Assembly: GCA_043775315.1 (NCBI GenBank)
Contig: JAYVSO010000064.1
Location: 16,140-80,139, forward strand
Length of the DNA: 64,000 bases
Origin: Verrucomicrobiota bacterium
Lineage (GTDB): Bacteria > Verrucomicrobiota > Verrucomicrobiia > Limisphaerales > CANJSG01
Reading direction: 5' to 3'
Shown here: in pieces, positions 18,301 through 25,967 of the stretch
Position numbering within the stretch: position 1 is the stretch's first letter
Layout: every line of letters begins with the position of its first letter
Position numbers and translations under genes: made by a program
Notes under the pieces: model-generated
Databases searched by the model: none
What the model was told of the DNA's origin: nothing
The model's input: the letters and a program-made list of their open reading frames with translations, nothing else

Positions 18301-18654
18301 AACAACCCGTGGCTCAAGGACGACGACCGCCTGATCAAGATCGCCCTCAAGGGCATCTGGGGACCGATCGAAGTCGCCGGCAATCGGTTTGATCCGTCCA
18401 AGGGCGTGCCGCCCATGCCCGGCTTCGGTGTCTTCCTCAACGACGAGGAACTGGCTGCCGTGTTGACCTATGTCCGCCAGTCCTTCGGCAACGACCTGCC
18501 TTCCATCAGCAAGGAGCAGGTCGCCAAGCTCCGCGAGCAGACCAAGGAGCGCCAGGACTTCTACAGCGTCGAGGAGATCATGAAGGACCACCCCATTCCC
18601 GGCTGGGAGAAATGGGGCAAGGGAGCGAAGCCCGCGGTCAACGCGTTCGAGTAA
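15313..18654 (+). CDS. PVC-type heme-binding CxxCH protein: SGNH/GDSL-like N-domain + membrane-bound dehydrogenase beta-propeller domain + HEAT repeats + cytochrome c
   Basis: Signal peptide MKLPALTLVFALAFATAASA. GDSL-like RVVFIGNGLAERD. Dehydrogenase-domain opening MTVMPGYKVELFASEKEFPDLKKPVQMSFDNKGRLWV..DKILILEDTDGDGRADK. HEAT-like region. Heme motif CATCHQPNG near 18235. Confidence 0.85.
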   Translation: MKLPALTLVFALAFATAASAAEVNRRSHAFTNEPPAAASARPQKVAAPSAGERVVFIGNGLAERDVYFGQLEAELHLRYPAQKLIVRNMGHVGDTPGFRPHPSRVSQWAFPGAAQFHPELAQHNGKGFFPTPDQWLTHLQADTIVAFFGYNESFDGPAKVANFEAELEAFAKHTLSKAYNGQAAPRLVLVSPIAFENLTATRDLPDGKKENANLALYAKAVGNVAKKNGLAFVDLFTATKARFAKKGLAPFTINGFAPTETGYQELAVILADGVFGRQKRQSQTDPAMMVAAVKEKDFFWNNDYNLVNGVHNYGQRYDPFGPQNYPEEILKTREMIALRDGLIHGVALGLKKEIAVDDSKTKELATVPSNFNRPVSFLDGEQAIEKMTVMPGYKVELFASEKEFPDLKKPVQMSFDNKGRLWVSVTPAYPHFKPGQSRPNDKILILEDTDGDGRADKQTVFADKLHLPLGFEIAPEGVYVSQEPNLCLLVDTNKDDRADRMDILVHGFDTHDTHHAIHAYSADASGAFYMGEGRFLHSQVETPYGPVRCNDGGYWRFDPKRFRLERYAQTDLNNPWGFALDDWEQSIISDASSGDNWWGLPVSAKMPYGVEIEKAGLYVPKRSRPTSGSEFVSSRHFPDEAQGLFMTCNSIGFLGINFSSVADDGSGFTGKLAGDLISSSDPNFRPVDLEFAPDGSLYFIDWHNPLIGHMQHNARDPNRDVEHGRIYRITYPGRPLVKPAKIEGASVAGLLENLKLPEYRSRYRTRRELRGRPASEVIPALKAWVSKLDRSDPRYEHHLCEALWATWSQNRPDGALIRQLLGARAREARAAAVHVLRYSAHQIPDAMSLFMRAANDIDGRVRLEAIVAASWMDNADGAKIVLEALKHPLDRWMGPVTKQILQHTLKDDVEALKVAGKLDLANNPNARAYLEGKYKIGSAPPPPELQVFGPIRPLPPEQQKFYELGRSVFNRDAHCATCHQPNGLGMKDVYPPLTAKNNPWLKDDDRLIKIALKGIWGPIEVAGNRFDPSKGVPPMPGFGVFLNDEELAAVLTYVRQSFGNDLPSISKEQVAKLREQTKERQDFYSVEEIMKDHPIPGWEKWGKGAKPAVNAFE

Positions 18655-18691
18655 TGGTCCGTCTGTTTCTGCAGGAATTGGCTTACGTCCC

Positions 18692-21313
18692 ATGAAGACT
18701 CTTCTGATAACATCTGTGGCGGCTGGTCTTCTGGCCGCCAATATCACCACCGCCGAATCGGCGGACGCGTTTCCCAGGCAGGCGCCCGTCCCGTATCTGA
18801 GCGTCGAGGAGAGCCTGAAGCACTTCCAGATCCAGGATGGTTACCGGCTGGAGCCCGTGTTGACCGAGCCAGTCATCAAGGAGCCCATCGCCATCGCCTT
18901 CGACGGCAATGGCCGGATGTTCGTCGCGGAGATGCGGACCTACATGCAGAACATCGACGGCACGGGTGCCCATGAACGCACGAGCCGCGTGTCGATGCAC
19001 TGGTCGTCCAAGGGCGACGGCGTCTACGACAAGCACTCCGTCTTCGCCGACGGACTGCTCCTACCGCGCATGATCCTGCCGGTCGACGGCGGCCTGTTGA
19101 TCAACGAAACGGACACGCAGGACATCCATCTCTACCGCGACACGAACGGCGACGGCGTGTCGGATACCAAGCAGCTCATCTTCGCCGGCGGGCCGCGCGG
19201 CGGGAATCTGGAGCACCAGCAGAGCGGGTTGATCTGGTCGATGGATAACTGGCTTTACTCGACCTACAACGCGTGGCGCCTGCGGTTGAAGGGAACCAAC
19301 GTCGTCAAGGAACCCACCGCGCCCAATGGCGGCCAGTGGGGCCTGACCCAGGACGACCATGGCAAACCGTGGTTCGTCAACGCGGGTGGCGAACTCGGCC
19401 CGTTGAACTTCCAGCAGCCCATCGTCTATGGCGCGTTCAACGTGAACGACCAGTTCGCGCCCGGCTTCGCCGAAGTCTGGCCGCTGGTGCCGATTCCCGA
19501 CGTGCAGGGCGGGCCCATCCGGTTCCGCCCGGAGGAAAAGACGCTCAACCACTTCACCGCCACCTGCGGCGCCGAGGTCTATCGCGGCAATGGATTGCCG
19601 GCGGATCTTCGCGGCGACCTGCTCTTCGCCGAACCCGTCGGCCGCCTCATCCGCCGCACGAAGATCGAGGTCCGCGACGGCGTGACCTTCCTGAGCAATC
19701 CGTATGAGAAGTCGGAGTTCATCCGCTCGTCTGACCCGAACTTCCGCCCCGTCAACATGGCCACCGCGCCCGATGGCTCGCTCTACATCGTCGACATGTA
19801 TCGCGGTATCATCCAGGAGGGAAACTGGGTCCGCGAAGGCTCCTACCTGCGAAAGGTCGTCCAGCAATACAGCCTCGATCAAAACTTCGGCCGCGGTCGC
19901 ATCTGGCGGCTGACGCATCCGTCGTTCAAGCCCGGCCCGCAGCCGAAGTTGCAGGACGAATCCGGCGTCCAACTTGTCGGCCGTTTGGAACATCCCAACG
20001 GCTGGTGGCGTGACACCGCGCAGAAGCTTCTCGTGCTCCGCAACGATCCTTCCGCCGTGGAACCGCTGAAGACGATGGCGCGATCCAATCCCAACCACCT
20101 CGCCCGTCTGCACGCGCTTTGGACGCTCGAAGGCATGGACGCGTTGGAGCCCGCGTTGGTCCGCGAGAAGCTGAAGGATGAGCATCCGCAGCTCCGCATC
20201 GGCGCCATCCGCACGGCGGAGACGCTGATCAAAGCGGGCGACACGTCCCTCAACCCCGCCATCCGCGCGATGGCTTCCGACAAGGACGCGAACGTCGTCA
20301 TCCAGGCCATGATGACCGCGAACCTTTTGAAGTGGCCGGACGCGAAAGCCTTCATAGGGCAGACCGTGGCCGCGTGTCCGTCGCGCGGCGTGAAGGAGAT
20401 CGGCACCGCCATGATCGCGCCGCGGGCGCCCGCGCCATCGGCCCGGTTCACCGCCGCCGAGAAGCAGCTCATCCAGCGCGGCGAGGCCATCTACAAGGAG
20501 CTTTGCTTCTCGTGCCACGGCCCGGACGGCAAAGGCACGCAGATGGAAGGCGCGCCCAAGGGAACAACGATCGCGCCGTCCTTCTCGGGATCGAAGACGG
20601 TGAACGGAGCGGCCGAAGGCATGGTCAAGGTGATCCTCCATGGCCTGACCGGGCCCGTCGCGGGCAAGTCCTATGACGCATTGATGGTGCCGATGAAGGA
20701 CAACGATGACACGTGGATCGCCTCGGTGTCGTCCTATGTCCGCACAAGTTTCGGCAACAAGGGATCGGTCATCGACGCGAAGACTGTGGCGGCGATCCGC
20801 AAGGCGAACTCCGAGCGCAACGAACCCTGGACCCTTGAGGAGCTGGCCGCTTCGATGCCAAGGACGCTCGCGTTCACAAGCGGCTGGAAGCTCACCGCCA
20901 GCCACCAGGCCGACACGGCCAAAGCCGCGTTCGACGGCGACCTCAACAGCCGCTACGACACCGGCGCATCGCAGGCCGCCGGCATGTGGTTCCAAGTGGA
21001 GCTGCCCGAAGCCGCGATACTCTCGGGTATCCACCTCGATTCCGCCAAGTCGCCCCGCGACTACCCGCGCGGCTACAAGGTCGAGCTGTCGACCGACGGC
21101 ACCAGCTGGGGCAAGGCCGTCGCCACGGGCAAAGGCGGCTCCGGCGTGACCGACATCGCCTTCGCGCCGACCAAAGCCCGGTTCGTCCGCATCACCCAGA
21201 CGGGCGCGGTCGACGGCCTCTTCTGGTCCATCCACGAGATGCAGCTGCTTCAGCCGCCACTTCCGTTCGCCGCGAAACCCGCTACCAAGAAACCGGCGAA
21301 CACCTTTGAGTGA
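18692..21313 (+). CDS. PVC-type heme-binding CxxCH protein with C-terminal discoidin (F5/8 type C) domain
   Basis: Signal peptide. FQIQDGYRLEPVLTEPVIKEPIAIAFDGNGRMFVAEMRTY..DTNGDGVSD. Heme motif CFSCHGPDGKG. C-terminus SRYDTGASQAAGMWFQVELPEAAILSGIHLDSAKSPRDYPRGYKVELSTDGTSWGK is discoidin-like. Confidence 0.85.
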   Translation: MKTLLITSVAAGLLAANITTAESADAFPRQAPVPYLSVEESLKHFQIQDGYRLEPVLTEPVIKEPIAIAFDGNGRMFVAEMRTYMQNIDGTGAHERTSRVSMHWSSKGDGVYDKHSVFADGLLLPRMILPVDGGLLINETDTQDIHLYRDTNGDGVSDTKQLIFAGGPRGGNLEHQQSGLIWSMDNWLYSTYNAWRLRLKGTNVVKEPTAPNGGQWGLTQDDHGKPWFVNAGGELGPLNFQQPIVYGAFNVNDQFAPGFAEVWPLVPIPDVQGGPIRFRPEEKTLNHFTATCGAEVYRGNGLPADLRGDLLFAEPVGRLIRRTKIEVRDGVTFLSNPYEKSEFIRSSDPNFRPVNMATAPDGSLYIVDMYRGIIQEGNWVREGSYLRKVVQQYSLDQNFGRGRIWRLTHPSFKPGPQPKLQDESGVQLVGRLEHPNGWWRDTAQKLLVLRNDPSAVEPLKTMARSNPNHLARLHALWTLEGMDALEPALVREKLKDEHPQLRIGAIRTAETLIKAGDTSLNPAIRAMASDKDANVVIQAMMTANLLKWPDAKAFIGQTVAACPSRGVKEIGTAMIAPRAPAPSARFTAAEKQLIQRGEAIYKELCFSCHGPDGKGTQMEGAPKGTTIAPSFSGSKTVNGAAEGMVKVILHGLTGPVAGKSYDALMVPMKDNDDTWIASVSSYVRTSFGNKGSVIDAKTVAAIRKANSERNEPWTLEELAASMPRTLAFTSGWKLTASHQADTAKAAFDGDLNSRYDTGASQAAGMWFQVELPEAAILSGIHLDSAKSPRDYPRGYKVELSTDGTSWGKAVATGKGGSGVTDIAFAPTKARFVRITQTGAVDGLFWSIHEMQLLQPPLPFAAKPATKKPANTFE

Positions 21314-21360
21314 ACGGAAAAAATTAACCATCCATCAGAGCGTCGGAAATCATTCCACCT

Positions 21361-21819
21361 ATGGCCAGCCCCACTGAAGTCAGCCGCAAAGCATTTGAGG
21401 AGTTCGATGGTATTCGTTGGAACACCATGAACGACATGTTGTCGCAGTCTGAAATATCTGACCTGACCCCGATTCAGAGAGCTGCACACCTCGCCTATTG
21501 GTATATGAGTGAGGTTTACAACGGCGGTCACGAGCAGTTTCTTTCGAATCACGCAGACTTTGACCATTTCGAGGTTGTTCGTGCGTTGGAGTCAGTGAGT
21601 GCAGCGGAGCAGGCCGGGATTCTTGCTGATATGCTGAGGTTAGTTGCGGTCGGCCCAGATGGAGCGCCACGGACTGTTTTGGAGTATTTGGAGCACGGAC
21701 CGAGCATTGACTCGTCACGACACGATGCGGCGTTTGGTGGTTGCAAGAAGTCGGTTGAATCTTGCCTTGAGGACTACCTCAACAAGCATGAGAGCGCATT
21801 TATTGAGTGGATACCGTGA
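21361..21819 (+). CDS. DMP19/DUF4375-like small acidic protein (possible DNA-mimic or immunity-type protein)
   Basis: 152-aa ORF in a visibly lower-GC patch. Core YWYMSEVYNGGHEQFLSN matches the hallmark (E/Q)V-x-NGG-x-xQF-x-N motif of the DMP19 C-terminal/DUF4375 family as I recall it. No signal peptide. Confidence 0.5.
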   Translation: MASPTEVSRKAFEEFDGIRWNTMNDMLSQSEISDLTPIQRAAHLAYWYMSEVYNGGHEQFLSNHADFDHFEVVRALESVSAAEQAGILADMLRLVAVGPDGAPRTVLEYLEHGPSIDSSRHDAAFGGCKKSVESCLEDYLNKHESAFIEWIP

Positions 21820-21914
21820 GCCAAAACCATGAACTGCCGCGAACTCTGGCAGACAGATCGCCTACTGCATTGATCCACCCGAATCTTGTATTTGGCATCT
21901 GAATTCCTCCCTGC

Positions 21915-22733
21915 ATGATCCAGTCTGCCATCACCGTCTCGCTCGTCCCTGAAGCCAAGGGCGGACCGTTCGTCTTCTGGGACGATCTCGGAGCCGCTTT
22001 CTCCAAGGCTTCAGCGCTGGGCTTCGACGCCATCGAGATCTTTCCGCCGTCGGCCAAGGAACTTCCCCTAAGTCAGGTCCGCGAGCTGATGGAGAAACAT
22101 TCGCTCAAAGTCGCCGCCATCGGCACCGGCGCCGGTTGGGTGAAGCACAAGCTCCACCTGGCCCACCCCGACGAAGCCGTCCGCAAGAAGGCCGTCGAGT
22201 TCATCCACGGCGTGATCAATCTCGCCGGCTTCTGCGGTGCGCCCGCCATCCTTGGGTCCATGCAGGGCCGCTGGGGAGATGGCGTCAGCCGGGAACAGGC
22301 TTTGGCCTGGCTGGCCGATGCGTTAAAGGAATTGTCCGCCCGGGCCGCTGCGCAGAAGCAGGTCTTCCTCTACGAGCCGTTGAACCGCTACGAGTGCAAC
22401 CTCTTCAACCGCGCCGAGGATGCCGCCGCCTTCCTCCGCGAACACGGACTCAGCAACGTGAAGCTCCTCTGCGACCTGTTCCACATGAACATCGAGGAGG
22501 CCGACATCGCCCGGACCCTGCGCGCCGTGGCGGGTGAGCTGGGCCACATCCATTTCGCCGATTCCAACCGCCACGCCATCGGCTTCGGGCATCTCGACTT
22601 CGCGCCCATCGCCACCGCGCTGAAGGACATCGGCTACTCCGGCTACGTCTCCGCCGAAGTCCTGCCGCTGCCCGACAGCGACACTGCGGCGAAACAAACC
22701 ATCGAGAGTTTCAGGCGGTGGTTTCCACGGTAG
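21915..22733 (+). CDS. sugar phosphate isomerase/epimerase (xylose-isomerase-like TIM barrel) family protein
   Basis: ALGFDAIEIFP, LYEPLNRYECNLFNRAEDAAAFL, LLCDLFHMNIEE and GHIHFADSNR are typical of AP-endonuclease-2/xylose-isomerase-like TIM barrels. Confidence 0.75.
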   Translation: MIQSAITVSLVPEAKGGPFVFWDDLGAAFSKASALGFDAIEIFPPSAKELPLSQVRELMEKHSLKVAAIGTGAGWVKHKLHLAHPDEAVRKKAVEFIHGVINLAGFCGAPAILGSMQGRWGDGVSREQALAWLADALKELSARAAAQKQVFLYEPLNRYECNLFNRAEDAAAFLREHGLSNVKLLCDLFHMNIEEADIARTLRAVAGELGHIHFADSNRHAIGFGHLDFAPIATALKDIGYSGYVSAEVLPLPDSDTAAKQTIESFRRWFPR

Positions 22734-22755
22734 GCCGGGCATCCCTGCCCGGCCA
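22734..22755 (+). terminator. GC-rich hairpin directly after the stop codon (putative intrinsic terminator)
   Basis: ggccgggca-tccc-tgcccggcc: perfect 9-bp stem starting 1 nt after TAG 22731-22733, followed by a weakly T-rich tgtttctttg. Confidence 0.45.
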
Positions 22756-22883
22756 GTGGGTGTTTCTTTGCGCCATTCCCGCATGAGCACCTCCTGGCCG
22801 CGCGAGGACGCACGGCCTACAAAGGCTCGTGCTGGAGCCTGCGACCTACCTGCAACTGACCCCGGACAACTGACCAATTCTCA

Positions 22884-23330
22884 ATGCTCAAGACCCAGCT
22901 CATCCATCCGGAAATCCTCCGCGTCCTCGCCAAGGCCGGACACCATTCCAAGATCCTCATCGCGGACGGCAATTATCCCGCCTCGACCAAGAAGGGGCCG
23001 AACGCGGAGCTGGTCTGCCTGAACCTTGCGCCCGGTGTCGTGACCGTTTCGCAGGTGATGCGGGTCCTGCTCAGTGCCGTGCCCATCGACCATGTGAACA
23101 CCATGGGCATTCCGGCCGATGACGCCTACGCGGAGTTCGGCGAGCCGCCCGTATGGAGCGAGTTCCGCCGGATCGTGGCCGAGAGCAACCCGGCGCTGAA
23201 GCTGGAGCCCATCCTTAAATGGGATTTCTACAAGGCCGTCGAGTCGCCCGACCACGTCCTCACTATCCAGACAGCCGACCAGGCGCTCTGGGCGAACGTG
23301 CTGCTGACCATGGGCTGCCGGACGGATTGA
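22884..23330 (+). CDS. fucU: RbsD/FucU family sugar mutarotase (L-fucose mutarotase-like)
   Basis: MLKTQLIHPEILRVLAKAGHHSKILIADGNYP aligns well with the E. coli FucU N-terminus (MLKT..PELLKVLAEMGHGDEI..D..FP). Length 148 aa. Confidence 0.85.
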   Translation: MLKTQLIHPEILRVLAKAGHHSKILIADGNYPASTKKGPNAELVCLNLAPGVVTVSQVMRVLLSAVPIDHVNTMGIPADDAYAEFGEPPVWSEFRRIVAESNPALKLEPILKWDFYKAVESPDHVLTIQTADQALWANVLLTMGCRTD

Positions 23331-23336
23331 TTGATC

Positions 23337-24743
23337 ATGGACTTGTCACGCAAACCCTCCCCTTTATTGAGCCGTCGCGAGTTCGCGGTGCAGGCGGGCC
23401 TCGCCGCCGGAGCGGCCTTGCTGGCGCCCGCTACTCTGATGGCCCAGACCGCTGGAGAGCGTCCTCTCCGCGCCGCCGGAGTCACGGTGCTCAATCCGCG
23501 CAACCGTGTGCCCGTCGGATTGATCATCGACGACTCGACCTGTCTGGTGAACTTGAACCGTTTCACCATGCCGCAGTTCGACACGGCTTTTGCGGGGGGC
23601 GCGCAGGCTTACAAGCGGGACTGGCGGGCATGGCCGGTGGAGATTCCCGACAGCTTCGTCCGCAAGTTCGGCGAATGGTGCGCCGGCCAGGGCGTGAAGG
23701 GAAAATACAGCATCGTCCCCTATCCGGCGTGTGTCGGTCGGCTGGATCGAATCCTGCCGGGTTGGACGCAGAATGAGCTCAAGGACAGCATCAGGCTCGT
23801 GCGGGAGTTGATGGTGCCGAACTGGGACATCCATCCCGAGATGGCCACGCACAGCCGGGTCATCGACACGAAGACGGGCCATCCTTATCCGGACCATTCG
23901 TTGCGGTTCATGGAGAACTGGGAATGGACCACCGGCCGCAGCGCCGACGAGATCGCCAACTACCTGGCTTACGCCCTGCAGATCCTGAAGAACATCGACC
24001 TCCCCTGCGAAGGCGTCACGACGCCCGGCGGCTTCGGCAAAAAGGCCCGCCCGCAGATGGCGCAGGCCACCTTCCAGGCCGTGCGGGACGTGTTCGGCGC
24101 GGAGATACCCAACTACTTCACGGACCTGCACGACGAGGGGGACGCCAGCGTCGCGCCGCTCGTGCTCAACGCCTCCGGCCTCGACGGTCCCGACCCCCGC
24201 TGCGTGGTCCAGGTGGTGGGCTGCACGGGCGACTGGACCGGAGGCTGGGACAACACGCCCACCGCCGGCGCGGACAAGTTCATCACGGGCGATCTGCAGG
24301 GCGGCAGGATGGTCGAGGTGATCCAGCGCGGCGAACCGGCCATGATGTTCGCCCATTGGACCGGGATCTACTGGAACGGGCAGGAACTGGGTTTCAAAGT
24401 ATTCCAGGAGGTCGTTCGTCGTCTTCACGAGCGCTTCGACAACCTGCACTGGATGAAGAACAGCGAGGTCTCGCGCTATTGGGCCGCGAAGGAACTCACG
24501 CGCATCGAACGCGCCGGCAACACCGTCAGACTCCGCGCGCCCTATGCCTGCCCGGACTTCACGCTGCGCATCTCCGCACGCATGGAGAAGCCGCCGCAAG
24601 TCCGCTCCGGCGCGGACGCCAAGCCGCTCAGCGAAGTCTCTGGTCCGCTCAAGCTCACCTCCGGCACATGGTGCCGCGACGGCGACGCCACGATCGCCTG
24701 CTTCCAGCTCGCGAAGGGTAGTTCGCAGATTGAACTCGGCTGA
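23337..24743 (+). CDS. Tat-signal secreted protein of unknown function
   Basis: Twin-arginine signal SRREFAVQAGLAAGAALLAPATLMA. 468-aa ORF with coding-like periodicity. No family recognised. Start ATG 23337 (or TTG 23331). Confidence 0.7.
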   Translation: MDLSRKPSPLLSRREFAVQAGLAAGAALLAPATLMAQTAGERPLRAAGVTVLNPRNRVPVGLIIDDSTCLVNLNRFTMPQFDTAFAGGAQAYKRDWRAWPVEIPDSFVRKFGEWCAGQGVKGKYSIVPYPACVGRLDRILPGWTQNELKDSIRLVRELMVPNWDIHPEMATHSRVIDTKTGHPYPDHSLRFMENWEWTTGRSADEIANYLAYALQILKNIDLPCEGVTTPGGFGKKARPQMAQATFQAVRDVFGAEIPNYFTDLHDEGDASVAPLVLNASGLDGPDPRCVVQVVGCTGDWTGGWDNTPTAGADKFITGDLQGGRMVEVIQRGEPAMMFAHWTGIYWNGQELGFKVFQEVVRRLHERFDNLHWMKNSEVSRYWAAKELTRIERAGNTVRLRAPYACPDFTLRISARMEKPPQVRSGADAKPLSEVSGPLKLTSGTWCRDGDATIACFQLAKGSSQIELG

Positions 24744-24769
24744 CCACCACGCTTCCAACTTTACTGAAA

Positions 24770-25702
24770 ATGCAAACCCGACCCCTCGGCAAGACCGGCC
24801 TCCAGCTTCCCATCCTCAGCTTCGGCGCGTCGTCGCTCGGCCAGGAGTTCCGCAGCGTGAAGCTCGATGACGCCATCGAGTCCGTCCGCGTCGCCCTCGA
24901 CAGCGGGCTGAACTTCATCGACACCTCGCCGTTCTACGGCCGGGGCATGAGCGAAGTGCTCCTCGGCATCGCGCTGAAGGGCGTGCCGCGCGCCAGCTAC
25001 ACCCTCTGCACCAAGCTCGGCCGCTACGATCTCCCACACTTCGACTTCAGCGCCAAGCGCGTCGCCGAGTCCGTGGATGTCTCCCTGCATCGTCTCGGCA
25101 CCGACCACCTCGACATCGTCCTCTGCCACGACATCGAGTTCGTCCCCATGCAGCAGATCGTCGATGAGACCATCCCCGCGCTGAAGAAGATCCAGCAGAG
25201 CGGCAAGGTGCGGTTCATCGGGTTCAGTGGGTATCCGCAGAAGATCTTCCGCTTCATCTGCGACCAGACCGACGTGGACTGCGTGCTCAGCTACAACCAA
25301 TACACTCTCCAGAACACGCGCTTCGCCGACGAATCGATTCCGTATCTCAAGGCCAAGGGCGTGGGCGTGATGAACGCCGGTCCCTTCAGCGCGCGCCTGC
25401 TGACCAATGCGCCGTTGCCCGTGTGGCTCAAGGAGCCCGAGGAAGTGAAAGCCGCCGCGCGCAAGGCCGCCGAGCACTGCGCCAAGAAGGGCGTGGACAT
25501 CGCCAAGCTCGCCCTCCAGTTCAGCCTCGCGAACCCCGACATCACGACGACCGTGAGCGGCAGCGCGAACCCGAACAACATCCGCAACTGGGCCAAGTGG
25601 GCCGCCGAACCCATCGACCAGCAGCTTCTCGCCGAAGTGCTGGAGATCTTCAAACCGGTGAAGAATCTCGGGCACAAGGAAGGGTTGCCGGAGAACAACT
25701 GA
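24770..25702 (+). CDS. aldo/keto reductase (candidate L-fucose / D-threo-aldose 1-dehydrogenase type)
   Basis: MQTRPLGKTGLQLPILSFGASSLG..LNFIDTSPFYGRGMSEVLLG..DIVLCHDIE..GFSGYP are classic AKR signatures. The substrate guess comes only from the nearby FucU and lactonase genes. Confidence 0.8.
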   Translation: MQTRPLGKTGLQLPILSFGASSLGQEFRSVKLDDAIESVRVALDSGLNFIDTSPFYGRGMSEVLLGIALKGVPRASYTLCTKLGRYDLPHFDFSAKRVAESVDVSLHRLGTDHLDIVLCHDIEFVPMQQIVDETIPALKKIQQSGKVRFIGFSGYPQKIFRFICDQTDVDCVLSYNQYTLQNTRFADESIPYLKAKGVGVMNAGPFSARLLTNAPLPVWLKEPEEVKAAARKAAEHCAKKGVDIAKLALQFSLANPDITTTVSGSANPNNIRNWAKWAAEPIDQQLLAEVLEIFKPVKNLGHKEGLPENN

Positions 25703-25709
25703 CCGGAGC

Positions 25710-25735
25710 GCCGAGCTCCTGCTCGGCATGTTTTT
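25710..25735 (+). terminator. rho-independent terminator
   Basis: gccgagc-tcct-gctcggc (7-bp stem) followed by atgttttt, 8 nt after the AKR stop codon. Confidence 0.6.
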
Positions 25736-25967
25736 GATCTGACCAAGGGACTCGTGCCGATCCTTTCGGATTTTTTCCCAAGCACCAACGGTGCGGCGCT
25801 ATGACAGCCCGGGGCAACGCCCCGGGAAACACACGAGGAACCGGAAAAATAGAACTGATCGGGACTTGGTTCCGTATCGTTCCACGATGCCTTTGCCGCC
25901 AACCGCATGTCGTCCTAGACAAGAATTGATTCTCCGACTCCTACCAGTCATTCATCTCCCCAATCCA

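Noticed and set aside
16015-21331. 911-aa and 756-aa minus-strand ORFs opposite the first two PVC dehydrogenase genes
   Set aside because: Same reasoning as above: GC-driven antisense ORFs. The plus-strand products carry signal peptides, CxxCH and discoidin motifs.
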